Source: Patescibacteria group bacterium
GTDB lineage: Bacteria > Patescibacteriota > Dojkabacteria > J137
Direction: 5' to 3'
Assembly: GCA_016861265.1 (NCBI GenBank)
Contig: BOLA01000001.1
Span: forward strand, 75,569-139,568
DNA length: 64,000 nt
Below the pieces are notes generated by a model that was not told the origin of the DNA, did not search any database, and saw nothing but the letters and a program-made list of their open reading frames with translations. Below, one piece after another: positions 11,501 to 19,150 of the stretch. A program made the position numbers and the translations under genes. The stretch's first letter is position 1. Every line of letters starts with the position of its first letter.

Positions 11501-14500
11501 GTTTCCTGAATCATAACCATTATTATCAGCTGAAACTTTCCCATTTGTTGCAACATTTAAATTCATTGCGTTTAAGGTGACTCCATAATCACCACTTGTA
11601 CCACTTACACCGTCATCGTGACTAATAAGATTTAATGTACCTGCTGCATCTACATTAATATCACCAAAGAAGTATTGATTATTATTATTATGTGCCCATG
11701 TTTTTGCACGCAGTGTTAAAGCTCCAATAAGATTATTTCCAATTCTAATATCATCAACTAAATCTAATAATATTTCGCCTCTTATATCAACATTAACTCC
11801 ATTAATTTCTAGAGTATCTGCTCCCGTATAATGAAATGTTCCTTCTGTAGATAAAGTAGGTGATGTTGTATCACCTTTTAGAGTAGTACTTATAGGAACC
11901 TGCAACTCACTATTTTGTCCCATTATATTTAAATGACCGTATCTAGTAAGTTTAATTTCACTGAATTGGTAAAGACCTTCAACTAAAGCAGCTGAACCAG
12001 AATTAGAATTATTATTATCTACATACAACTTAGCTCCTTTTGATGCATCTACACCGACCTGCTCTATATAAACCGTTCCAGCAGCACCTCCACCACCCCT
12101 TGTTTGTATAACATCTAGTAACGAACTTCCTGCATTTGTTATGTAATTACCACTAGAATAATAAATTGCAATTCTACCTCCTGATGGATAAGATCCACCG
12201 CAATTGTAAAGAGAAGCACCATTAGCTGTAATTAAACCGTTTCCATTGAACACATCTGTTTGAATCCAAACACTTCCTCCTGAACCTGCTGCAGCTCCGC
12301 AACTTGGACTGTTTGGATTATTACCATTCGCTGAAATTGCTCCTAAGATATCAGTTGTACCACCAACAACTAATTTAATAGCACCTCCACCGGCATTGCC
12401 ACTTCCACCTGAAGCACCTAAATTATTTGGCTCATATACGCTTCCATAAGGAGTACCTCCTGTTGTACCATATCCCCCATAGGAAATTGAACCATAGATT
12501 GTTCCTGCTGTATAACCTCTACCATTTGAAACAATAGAACTAGTGGCTTCCACTGTTAGATTATCTGTGAGTATAGTTACGCCATAATCATCAACTATCT
12601 GATTATTACCATTGTTATATGGAATCAAAGTTAAAACGGAATCATCTTGAACAATTATATTTACACCTCTACAATCAAAAATTCCCTGATTATTTATATC
12701 AGCCGTCCATGTTTGATCTACATCAATAATTCCATCTAAATCAGGACAGCTTCCAAGTGTATCCACTATTGCAATAGAATTTGAAATTCCTGTTGCAGCT
12801 CCATCAGTAATTTTAATCTTTATACTTTCAACTACACTATGATTAAAATTATTGAATATTAGTACACCATTATTTTCTAGTTCAAAGGTTATTGTAGATG
12901 GAGATAAAACTCCACTGGAAGCACTTTCGTCTAGAGCTTTAATTGCCTCCACTGTTGGATTTCCTACATAATCACTTTTTATATTATCGTATTGATCGTA
13001 CGCTGTTACAGAGACAGGTCCAAAATCTTGTGCTGTTATTCCAAACTGGGGTGCAGTCACAGCAAATCTGCTTATTGCATCAGCTGTACCTGTAAAATTA
13101 AAATCTATCGGATTACCGGTCAAGCCGGAGGCACCCGCCCGTACTATATTAGTACCTGTTTTAGTACCCAATCTATATTGTCTTGAACTATAACCATCAC
13201 TATCTGTTATAGCATTGCCACCTGTAAAATGTCCTCCAACAGCACTATTAATCACTGACCAGTTTACTGTGTAGTCTGGAACAGGAAAGCCATCTCCATC
13301 AATTACTCTCACGATTAGTGAAGTAGAAAGATCGCTATTAACAACAGCTGTTTGATTGTTACCACCAATAAGTTGTATTACCGATGGATTGCCACTAACT
13401 CTAAAGTCCCTTGCAAATTCATCGTTAGATCCAAAACTGACCCAATTGCTGTATCCGCCTTTGCTATCTCTAACCCTAACTTGCCAATGAAATTCTTTTG
13501 AACGTTCAAGATTACTAACTAAAATTTTCCCACAATTAGTGGTACCCACAGTACAAATTTGTGGATTAGAAAGAGGAGAACCCTGAATATGGGTTGGGAC
13601 ATTGGTAAAATTTTCGTTTAATGGTCTTATTTCTAACTGCAATAATAGTGTCTCTCCAGCATCTACATCCGAAAGTTCACTAACAAAGTACACAGAAGTT
13701 TCAGTAGTAGTTCCACCTATAGGAATTTCGGTAGATTGATTAGATTTGAATTGTTTTAGAACCGAAGGAGAATTTGGTCTACAAGTTGGACCTATAATTG
13801 TACCAATACCACCATCTTGTGAATTACTCGTAACACCAGGATTAACATTTGCATTACCGGTAAATCCATTGCTAGTATTGCATAACATTACTAATCTTCC
13901 ACCACCACCTCCTCCACCCTGATACTGGACTTCGGCTCCAATTCCTCCTTTTGCTTCAACAATACCATTTCCACTAAAACTATTTGCTTCTATCCAAATA
14001 CTTCCTCCTGATCCTCCTCCTCCAGATATTGTTCCTTGTGCCTGACCATCTAAACCGTTAGCGCTTATTCTTCCATTCACAACCAAGGCTCCAGTTGCAA
14101 CAATTTTAATTGCACCACCACCTGCGCCTCCTAATGCATTTCCACTTTCTTGAGAAGTTCCAACCAAGGTAATACCATTTATTCTTGGTGTGTCTTCAAG
14201 ATTACTTCCAGAATTTAAGATGGCTCGAATTTTCCAGTACTTAAAATATCCATTTATTTCTGTAGTATTTCTTTGTGAATTATCATTTATATTATAGGTG
14301 CCTCCATTTTGATAATACGAGCCACTTGAGGGGTAAACAGCTTCCTCTCCAGAGAAAGTTCCAGTCTGTGAACCTAGAATCTGAAATTTAGGTGTTATAT
14401 TATTACTACCATCTAATACCCAATCAACAGTTATGCTTGAAATCAGAATTGACTGTGAGTTACCATCACCAACTGTCTCGGATAACCAAGTTTGCTCACC

Positions 14501-16525
14501 ACTGGCAAAAACCAATCCAGGAGTAAACTCATATATACTCTGAATATTTTCAGTAGTAAGTAAACTATTATAGACTCGTATATCGTCTATGGAGCCAGAA
14601 AAATAATTAAGTGCTTCCGAAGGACCTGCTCTGCCTGCAATAAGATCCATTACACCTAAAGTACCTGTTGTTGACATTACGGCCTCCTGCTCACCATCTA
14701 TAAAAAGTTTTATTTCACCTGTAGAGTCAAATTGTGCTGCAAAATGATGCCATTGATTATCAGTTACCACCGTTGTGGAATAAATGCTATCTCCATTTTC
14801 AGTTCCTGAAGGTGCTCTATATAAAAACCTTAATTTGTTTGCATTTGTTAAATCATTTGATGCAACAACATCTACAGAAACGCCTGGTAAATTTGTATTT
14901 GTAAATGTTATTACACTTTGATCTTGAGTAACAGGCTGTGTTTTAAACCAACTAGAAATTGTAAAACTTTCGTCATTAAAATCTAGAGACCCAAGATTGG
15001 CGTAGTCATCAACACCGTCAAAACTTATACAGCCTTTATTTTTGCAATTCTCTTCGGAGAGTATTGCAGGATCGTCATTGCTAACCGAACTGTCTGCACC
15101 CAATGTACCATCTGTTGCCCCCTCTACATTGTTACTTAAGTCTTGTCCACTTTGTTCATCTAATTTAAAGTAGGAAATTAAGCCATCAGTCACTACATCT
15201 GCTTTTTCTTCGGATTTTAATTCAAGCCCCGTAATGCTTCCAGTTTGCAACCCTGAGCTGAAACTTGTACCAGAAGCGTTAAATCTTTCATTAGTTAACC
15301 AATCATATTGAAAAGACTCTGTAACACCACCACCGTTTCCTCCTGCACTACCAAGTGTTGTAGGAGCTTCATTATTTCCATAAGCAATACCTCCAAAACC
15401 AGAAGGATTAGAAGCGTCTTCAACTCCCTGACCTCCAGCTCCTCCGTGTCCTCCTCCAGCTCCTCCGGATTGTCCGGCAGAATCTCCTCCTCTACCTACA
15501 GATTCAGATTCAAGAACTGTATAACCTTTTCCATCTGCTGTAATTTTACCGCCTTCTTGTACAGTCAAATTATTTACTAATAAAGTAACTCCCCAATCTC
15601 CGTTAGTGTAGTTGTTTTGTATAACATGTCTGTCCATTACAATTTCACCTGTTGGTCCCACAATAATATCTAGTCCTGCACAATCAATAATTCCGTCTAT
15701 GTTGTCGGGAGAAATTATCACCTGATTATTAATAACTGTAGGAGCACCAGGTAAAGGACATGCAGTTTGTGCAACAAGAAAATTTAGATTTGAATTCAAT
15801 ACAGCAAAACCACTAATAATAAATATGCCTACCTGAAACAGTAGTATTAGAAAACCTACTATTAGTGTTGTAAGTGTTGGGTAATATCTTACTCTGTAAG
15901 CCGTAAGGTATTTGTTACCCGATTCATCTACTTCTTTAATCTTGCCTCCACTATACAAATAAAAGAATGTGAGTACAAAACTTAATATGACTTGATAAGA
16001 CAGCCATATTACCCAACGTAATGGATTTAATATGCTGTTTGTTTTACTTATCTTATGCATTATTACATCGGATTTATTACTTGTTCTTAACGCTATTGTT
16101 GCAAGCGAGTTTTGAACACTGTGTCTGTGTGTAGGTTTACTCTCTATGGAAAAAGTGTAAGACAAATAAGTAACGAATTTTTCAACAAAATTAGCATCGT
16201 CTTTATTAAACATCATCAGTGAAGGATCGTTTACTTTTGGAAAATTTTCATCTTCATGTAATAGTGCAATTTTTCTTGCATTCGAAAAACCATTCTTACT
16301 TTTTAGTGAGTGTACAAGCTCAGTTCCTGCGAATTCTGGAAGTGTAGAATCTACTACTATTAAATCTGGATTGACTAATTCTATTAGACCTAAACCTTTA
16401 ACACCATTGTCAGATGTTGTGATTAATACATTCTTAAGGGTACGCTTTAATAAGCTTTTCAGTATTTCTCTAATTGTAAAATCATCATCGAGTATTAGAA
16501 TTTTTATCTTTTCATTATTTGTCAT
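2507..16525 (-). CDS. Giant (4672 aa) membrane-anchored surface protein: N-terminal receiver (REC) domain, TM segments, Gly-rich repeats, two LamG domains, F5/8 type C domain, Ig/Big/FN3-like domains, C-terminal TM segments and two carboxypeptidase-regulatory-like domains
   Basis: ILILDDD...PDLIVVDSTLP (REC); GLISYFKLDE and WHHFAA..GSIDDIRVYN (LamG); WIQVDLG..IWNRSDCC..LAEIRVYG (F5/8C); WGVVFD..TGFDGKYGF and WGYVFD..TDEEGRFGF near the C-terminus. Confidence 0.85.
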   Translation of the reverse strand: MTNNEKIKILILDDDFTIREILKSLLKRTLKNVLITTSDNGVKGLGLIELVNPDLIVVDSTLPEFAGTELVHSLKSKNGFSNARKIALLHEDENFPKVNDPSLMMFNKDDANFVEKFVTYLSYTFSIESKPTHRHSVQNSLATIALRTSNKSDVIMHKISKTNSILNPLRWVIWLSYQVILSFVLTFFYLYSGGKIKEVDESGNKYLTAYRVRYYPTLTTLIVGFLILLFQVGIFIISGFAVLNSNLNFLVAQTACPLPGAPTVINNQVIISPDNIDGIIDCAGLDIIVGPTGEIVMDRHVIQNNYTNGDWGVTLLVNNLTVQEGGKITADGKGYTVLESESVGRGGDSAGQSGGAGGGHGGAGGQGVEDASNPSGFGGIAYGNNEAPTTLGSAGGNGGGVTESFQYDWLTNERFNASGTSFSSGLQTGSITGLELKSEEKADVVTDGLISYFKLDEQSGQDLSNNVEGATDGTLGADSSVSNDDPAILSEENCKNKGCISFDGVDDYANLGSLDFNDESFTISSWFKTQPVTQDQSVITFTNTNLPGVSVDVVASNDLTNANKLRFLYRAPSGTENGDSIYSTTVVTDNQWHHFAAQFDSTGEIKLFIDGEQEAVMSTTGTLGVMDLIAGRAGPSEALNYFSGSIDDIRVYNSLLTTENIQSIYEFTPGLVFASGEQTWLSETVGDGNSQSILISSITVDWVLDGSNNITPKFQILGSQTGTFSGEEAVYPSSGSYYQNGGTYNINDNSQRNTTEINGYFKYWKIRAILNSGSNLEDTPRINGITLVGTSQESGNALGGAGGGAIKIVATGALVVNGRISANGLDGQAQGTISGGGGSGGSIWIEANSFSGNGIVEAKGGIGAEVQYQGGGGGGGRLVMLCNTSNGFTGNANVNPGVTSNSQDGGIGTIIGPTCRPNSPSVLKQFKSNQSTEIPIGGTTTETSVYFVSELSDVDAGETLLLQLEIRPLNENFTNVPTHIQGSPLSNPQICTVGTTNCGKILVSNLERSKEFHWQVRVRDSKGGYSNWVSFGSNDEFARDFRVSGNPSVIQLIGGNNQTAVVNSDLSTSLIVRVIDGDGFPVPDYTVNWSVINSAVGGHFTGGNAITDSDGYSSRQYRLGTKTGTNIVRAGASGLTGNPIDFNFTGTADAISRFAVTAPQFGITAQDFGPVSVTAYDQYDNIKSDYVGNPTVEAIKALDESASSGVLSPSTITFELENNGVLIFNNFNHSVVESIKIKITDGAATGISNSIAIVDTLGSCPDLDGIIDVDQTWTADINNQGIFDCRGVNIIVQDDSVLTLIPYNNGNNQIVDDYGVTILTDNLTVEATSSIVSNGRGYTAGTIYGSISYGGYGTTGGTPYGSVYEPNNLGASGGSGNAGGGAIKLVVGGTTDILGAISANGNNPNSPSCGAAAGSGGSVWIQTDVFNGNGLITANGASLYNCGGSYPSGGRIAIYYSSGNYITNAGSSLLDVIQTRGGGGAAGTVYIEQVGVDASKGAKLYVDNNNSNSGSAALVEGLYQFSEIKLTRYGHLNIMGQNSELQVPISTTLKGDTTSPTLSTEGTFHYTGADTLEINGVNVDIRGEILLDLVDDIRIGNNLIGALTLRAKTWAHNNNNQYFFGDINVDAAGTLNLISHDDGVSGTSGDYGVTLNAMNLNVATNGKVSADNNGYDSGNTAGKYLGYGGYGTTGAVPYGDVYEPKDLGASGSAGGNRGGGAMHLVIGNELTVNGTISSTGGAAVGGSCGRAAGSGGSVWIEAYQINGSGAGVISANGNAQYNCSGHYPSGGRVAIYYTGGDYFTNIGSANLTNFVQARGLSGGGPGTIYIEKLGLDPVKGAKLYVDNAGSDGWAAGLVEGSYEFDEITLTRYGHLTVLGNNSILTVSNGSSLKGDTTSSNLGVAGTFRYTGEEELYINGIDVDIQGEISLLNVDDFTVGNSAIGGIIFRAKTWAHNKDNQYSFGNITVGTSGVITLVSTHDGVAGTTNDYGVTLNAENINIQTGGLITADNQGYTTERSIGYGGYGTNGAAPYGNVYEPTDLGAVGSVGGNNGGGAIKLNVSNTLTVNGTISSVGGASVTGSCGRAAGTGGSIWINANNLVSGSTPGIIRANGNAQYNCSGIYPSGGRVAVYYNDGNYFTNMGSNNVTDYVQARGLSGGGPGTVYVERVGVDPVKGAKLYVDNAGANGRSAGLVEGSYEFDQISLTRYGHLTVMGNNSILSVSNGASLKGDTTSPNLAVAGTFRYTGEEILSINGVKIDIQGEILLENGDDFNLGTSLAGGLTLRAKTWAHDNTNQYTFGDISVGQYGTMTMVSFDDGVAGTTGDYGVFLTADSINVASGGIISADNQGYSSGTSAGKYMSYGGYGTTGATPYGSVYQPKDLGASGGASGNRGGGAIRLKVNNLLTVNGTISSLGGASVGGSCGRAGASGGSIWIEAGELNSDATPGIIRANGTAQYNCGGAYPSGGRVAIYYETGNYFTNMGASNLTDYIQARGGGGGPGTIYVEQTGVDQSQGAKLYVDNAGSNSWRAGLEAGNYQFNQITLTRYGNVELLGTGSILTVTSGASLKGDNSSPDFTVGGTFLYTGEDELFINGMDIDINGDIQLVNGDDFTLGNVSPGGMILRAKTWAHDKNTPYTFGKITIGQYGVLTLTSYDDGVSGTDGDYGTHVVAENIDLNTGGIITADNQGYGSGTSAGKYMSYGGYGNGGGEPYGDIFEPKDLGAPGNVGGNNGGGAIKLTVSDTFNLNGIITSAGGASVGGSCGRTGGTGGSIWIDTNTLNSTGTTGIVRANGTAQYNCGGGYPSGGRVALYYSNGNYFTNLGSNPVYNYIYARGGGGGPGTVYIEQKGVVDPKRGDLYIDNAGAGGTTMPFEARDYYFNNVYIGTNVYSTMRQDHLALRSNETLSEGGNVENIGDALAIWNFEEENDDNCANGGDYCDASGNNRHLNSFGSNRTMEGRVGKGLELNGSNYAEIDLETLNVTSFTVGMWAKLEQFTANSSDAEELINFNNIATTSSLDIDDNGNLRFEWPSKLSTGVISTGKSATMSSVYQNNIAANGGGVCFDGNLSNVCHSSGNGVGEWIQVDLGAINTISKIDIWNRSDCCQARITAFKIEVSDTGAFTGEQTEVLNLSGQTVGRPSTYNFSPVNTRYVRLTKLNSDYLNLAEIRVYGSSNYLPENQWRHIVATYDAPTGVRKIYVDGNEVISQNLETNYTLPITKISIGKGGLGSSTGFVGVIDEVFMYPRALNATEINIYKNTYSWIEFNDKRGRGPVFYLTGNFTLETGATFNAKALGFPSGGGVGKGSNGIGQSGGAGGGHGGSGGQSEGDGTNPSAQGGTFYGNQRAPLTIGSGGGRAGTGAAGGAGGGAVAIRARTGNVLIKGTIDVSGENGRTASPGGGGGAGGSILVEGQTCSITGTLNARGGNGGDDSFDGGGGGGGRVSILYTQGPCEATGTVTIANGTSVGGQSGQVGTYPAITSIPATPSFKDQYKTDGETNIPVGGLTSENIVKLKASVSDPGANVGNPQSLVAEFEVVGLNETFTAANLLRGEIKPDYSNTVFAGVYNAPELEYSGGIPLVSEVSVEGLIPGNEYKWRARVLNQDTNVLGAWTEFGNNASNQADFVVSNTVGLEIIPNKTTVIVGEPITVQVNAKNSSNENDPTYTGTVTFSNTPNGNSSLPSNYVFAEADNGTHTFVDQVVFTQAGTYTITVSDTASTSLTATTATITVNLPPAAMQDITITPSKTTVVQGESLNLVIRAFDQYSEIYPNYTGTVTFGSTAGGTVNLPGNYTFNGGDSGQHTFNNVVFNQVGTYTITVTDTSNGGITDTTEVITVNPSIQSLSIVPNLTEVNAGDPITLTVSGLNGLSQPDTYYRGTVSFTSTAAEEAILPLNYTFTLIDNGLREFVGGLVFTQEGTYTVTVTDVNNNSLTATTVPIKVNPPLPQSDATTLELESEATSVLVGDSVTVKVTAKDEEGNIVDDYFSTVNFSSNASPNITLPNNYQYTIEDSGVHEFQDELVFAKAGEFTLTVKDILVDSLTDTIIINVANSTQSLKITPSNTSIKIGDTIDLTVDALNAQNTNDGFYKGTVGFSSTSASAVLPVEYTFGTDDSGKKVFNNGAKFVESGIYTITVQDNQNTLLKAVSTNILVNPNNICAENPNQLICLADIEITNIITEQLSSTSQRVCWKTNIATVGTIQYGIASTEIYTNSTEQETEYVENHCTTINDLQSDTQYIFRINATSNAGKNASEEGTFVTGNGEIVPVSEARQCINNANSYAFNSNGQAVIRFNTAEETICKIHYGNDSKNLSYIFSEDKKLMNHTATLDLSNLDGKRDMYYQIICASVERTCVENVVVPLAKYLPYYPNKNVELISENVVPVILTITTIATGIINITTYPGMVIYAIPWIGKRRRKSTWGVVFDEVSKEPIPFVQVRIYDEVGKIQKQIVTGFDGKYGFLVNKGTYTLEVKHADYHFEKFEITINENEGIAAKNIGLNRNTVKKNTFKDLLIRFREKAKRNLPRINNSIVIVGFIVSVVALVTTPNIFNYFVASVYLIQLLVLILLNARKREWGYVFDSTNFNRIKSASVRVFDINQGRQIDVQLTDEEGRFGFKLEPGSYHLQVNAAGYELDTDRLSKKYERFNSATGQTLVKVEVKNKQQITIEFPMRKTEEALGKFEM
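7930..12620 (-). repeat. Five tandem intragenic repeats of ~340 aa (~1.02 kb) in the 4672-aa protein
   Basis: YPSGGR(V/I)A.YY recurs near 12185, 11175, 10165, 9145 and 8127; shared motifs DYGV, PYG.VYEP.DLGA, RAKTWAH, LTRYGHL; boundaries approximate. Confidence 0.85.
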
Positions 16526-16595
16526 TGCGTTTACTGGTACTAAATAGCGAAACTACTTTCGGTTTAAATAACTTGAGATTTTATTTCAAGAATTT

Positions 16596-18074
16596 TTAAA
16601 TTTCTTTATGAACTTCCTTTGGATTTTTATCATCGCGAAGACCCAAAAATATTGCTTGTCTTAAATTACCTGATTCAGTCCACTCAGCAAATTTTACTTG
16701 CGCTACAAATTTAGGAGAAATCCACGCTGCAACATTTTTGTCTGGAACTTCGTTATCGAATGGAGATTTTTTTAGAATATGTTTATCTAATCTTGCTTTT
16801 AGCTCCATTATTGAATTTGAATCAAAACCGCTTCCAGTTTTACCAACATAAATAAACTTATCCTTTTCGTATACACCAACCAGTAAAGAACCGAACCCTT
16901 CTCTTAAGCCTTCCGGGAAAGTATATCCACCAATAACCACTTCCTGCTCCTGAACTGCTTTTATTTTTTTCCAATTTGTATTCCTGTCCTGGACATATTC
17001 ACTATTAATATTCTTTGCAATAATACCTTCTCGTGCTTCCTTTTTTGCTTTATTAAATACTTCAATACCGTTGCCAATACTATAGGCAGTTTTTTTTATT
17101 ACTGAGTTATCGTGAATTAATTTTTTAAGGGTTTTCTTTCTTTCAATCAAAGGAAGTCTTGTTAAATCTAGATCATTTAGTTTTAATATATCGAACACGT
17201 AATATACTAACTTACCTACTCCCGTTTTCCTGTAATTTTGAAGCGCCTGAAAGGATGGATTTCCGTTTTCATCTTCCACAACAATTTCTCCATCTAGAAT
17301 TATATTTAAACCCAGACTCTCAAGTTTTTCTTCAATCTTTGGGTATCTTGTATTCAGGGTAATATTATTTCTTGAGTAAAGTCTAACAGAACCATTGTGA
17401 ATATCTGCAATTGCCCTATAACCATCAAGCTTTTCTTCAAAGAGCCAGTCTTTATTATTAAACGGTTTATCAATAAGATGTGCCAGCATTGGGCTAACAA
17501 CGCTTTCATTCCATACATCTGGTTCATCCATATCTTTAATCTCTTCAACTGTTTTCCCAGACTTTATTGATTTGGGATCATCAATCAATGTAGAACCTAC
17601 GTAATCATCTTTTTCCTTTAAAAGTAACCAGGCATTGTCCCCCGCTCTTTTAAATCTGACAAATGCGTATCTTCCTTTAGCCTTTTGACCATTAAGTATG
17701 AGTTTTACATCACCACTTTTTATACCTTCTAATACTTTCTTATCAATTTCTTTTTTTGTGGTAGCACCTTCCACACTATAGGTTCCGTTATCCCATACAA
17801 TTACTTCGCCCGCCCCGTAATTACCCTCGGGAATTACACCCTCGAAATCCCTGTAGCTAAAAGGGTGGTCCTCCACCATCATCGCAAGATGTCTTTCTTT
17901 AGTATCCGTTGAAAGTCCTTTAGGTACTGCCCAAGATTTTAGGACACCCTCTACTTCAATCCTAAAATCATAGTGTAGTCTTGTAGCATTGTGTTTTTGA
18001 ATTACAAAAATTGGTAACTTACTATTAGAAGATTCGACTTTTCCTTCAGGTTCTTTAGTGTTATCAAAGTTTCT
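16596..18074 (-). CDS. ligD: NHEJ DNA ligase LigD (3'-phosphoesterase plus ATP-dependent ligase and OB domains, no polymerase domain); true start unresolved
   Basis: Frame stays open 64 codons upstream of the ORF-track start (17882) and encodes FVIQKHNATRLHYDFRIE and LKSWAVPKG; VEDHP and GNYGAG; ligase motif I EEKLDGYR, LDGEIV, EGIIAK, VKFAEWT..LRQA. Confidence 0.9.
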   Translation of the reverse strand, partial: RNFDNTKEPEGKVESSNSKLPIFVIQKHNATRLHYDFRIEVEGVLKSWAVPKGLSTDTKERHLAMMVEDHPFSYRDFEGVIPEGNYGAGEVIVWDNGTYSVEGATTKKEIDKKVLEGIKSGDVKLILNGQKAKGRYAFVRFKRAGDNAWLLLKEKDDYVGSTLIDDPKSIKSGKTVEEIKDMDEPDVWNESVVSPMLAHLIDKPFNNKDWLFEEKLDGYRAIADIHNGSVRLYSRNNITLNTRYPKIEEKLESLGLNIILDGEIVVEDENGNPSFQALQNYRKTGVGKLVYYVFDILKLNDLDLTRLPLIERKKTLKKLIHDNSVIKKTAYSIGNGIEVFNKAKKEAREGIIAKNINSEYVQDRNTNWKKIKAVQEQEVVIGGYTFPEGLREGFGSLLVGVYEKDKFIYVGKTGSGFDSNSIMELKARLDKHILKKSPFDNEVPDKNVAAWISPKFVAQVKFAEWTESGNLRQAIFLGLRDDKNPKEVHKEI

Positions 18075-18845
18075 TTATGCTTCAATTTCAGCAAGGCTTT
18101 TCTGCAGTTGTTCCATAACATCACTTACATCGGTAACTTTTGGCGCTGACTTTGGTGTTTTTATTGGTTTTTTATGAATCTTGGCATCAATTATTTTCTT
18201 AAGTCCATTTAAATAATCATCTTGATAGTCAGATGGGTCAAACTGCTCGGCCATTCCTTCAATTAACTTCTGTGCCATATCAACTTCTTTATCGGATAAT
18301 TTAATATTTTTTGGCAGGTTTAATTTTGAAGTTGGCTTTATTTCGGATTCGTATCGTAACTGATTAAGGATTAGCATATTACCTTCAGGTTTAATAATAC
18401 ACAAATGCTCTCTGTTTCTTAAGACAAATTCCGCAACCCCTACTTTATTTGATTTCTTAAGCGCTTTAATTAATAACAAATATGTTTTTTCTGCACCCTT
18501 AGCAGGTTCTAAATAATATGGCTTATCAAAGAATATCGGATCAATATCTTCTTTATCTACAAAACATGATATTTCAATACTATTACTTCTGTGTATATCT
18601 ACCTTATCAAAGTCCTCATCTGTTAATACTACATAATCTCCCTTCTGGTATTCATACCCTTTAACTACTTCCTTCCATGGAACCTCTTTTCCTGTTTCAG
18701 AATCTATTCGTGCATATCTTATTGGCGACTTATCCTTTTTGCTGAGCATATCTAGATCTAGTTGCACACTTTGTGTTGCTGTATATAAGTTTACAGGAAT
18801 ATATATTAATCCAAAGCTTATGCCACCGGTCCACATTGCTCTCAT
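18075..18845 (-). CDS. ku: NHEJ DNA end-binding protein Ku
   Basis: MRAMWTGGISFGLIYIPVNLY, VKGYEY..GDYV, DPIFFDKPYYLEP, FDPSDYQDDY. Confidence 0.95.
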   Translation of the reverse strand: MRAMWTGGISFGLIYIPVNLYTATQSVQLDLDMLSKKDKSPIRYARIDSETGKEVPWKEVVKGYEYQKGDYVVLTDEDFDKVDIHRSNSIEISCFVDKEDIDPIFFDKPYYLEPAKGAEKTYLLLIKALKKSNKVGVAEFVLRNREHLCIIKPEGNMLILNQLRYESEIKPTSKLNLPKNIKLSDKEVDMAQKLIEGMAEQFDPSDYQDDYLNGLKKIIDAKIHKKPIKTPKSAPKVTDVSDVMEQLQKSLAEIEA

Positions 18846-18930
18846 AGTTGTACTTAAAAGATATTACCTAATATATTAAACATAAATACGCGAATCGTAA
18901 AATGGTTGTAAAATATTAGTAAAAAATTCC

Positions 18931-18959
18931 TTGTAAAATTAAAATTCTATTTTTATAAT
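18931..18959 (+). promoter_or_regulatory. Sigma70-type promoter
   Basis: TTGTAA (18931-18936), 17-nt spacer, TATAAT (18954-18959). Confidence 0.7.
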
Positions 18960-18962
18960 CGT

Positions 18963-19150
18963 GAGACAGGGCACAAAGTCTTGTCTTTAACGGATATAGA
19001 AAGGACACCCTATATGAAAACCAAAAAGTTCACCTTCCCTTGCTCCCTAGCAGGGAAGGGGGTGATCCAATTCTAGTCTAGTTTACTAGGCGCTGTTAGG
19101 TTTAATCCGCCTGACCCGGGGTGAGTGCTTGCACTCACCCATTGGATTTT
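18963..19150 (+). ncRNA. Candidate structured small RNA / mini-mRNA containing a 20-codon ORF
   Basis: GC-rich island directly after the promoter with several hairpins, including GGGTGAGTGC-TT-GCACTCACCC, and a closing stem ATCCAAT/ATTGGAT. Confidence 0.5.
19014..19076 (+). CDS. Candidate 20-aa peptide MKTKKFTFPCSLAGKGVIQF
   Basis: SD-like GAAAGGA upstream of ATG 19014; TAG at 19074-19076; below the ORF-track size cutoff. Confidence 0.4.
   Translation: MKTKKFTFPCSLAGKGVIQF

Noticed and set aside
7930-12620. Diversity-generating retroelement template/variable repeats
   Set aside because: No reverse transcriptase in the window, and differences between repeats appear mostly synonymous rather than adenine-specific.
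18963-19150. tmRNA, SRP RNA, RNase P RNA or a 16S fragment
   Set aside because: No tRNA-like TTCGA/CCA ends, SRP GGAA-loop motif or GAGGAAAGTCC. Similarity to the 16S complement stops after 14 nt.
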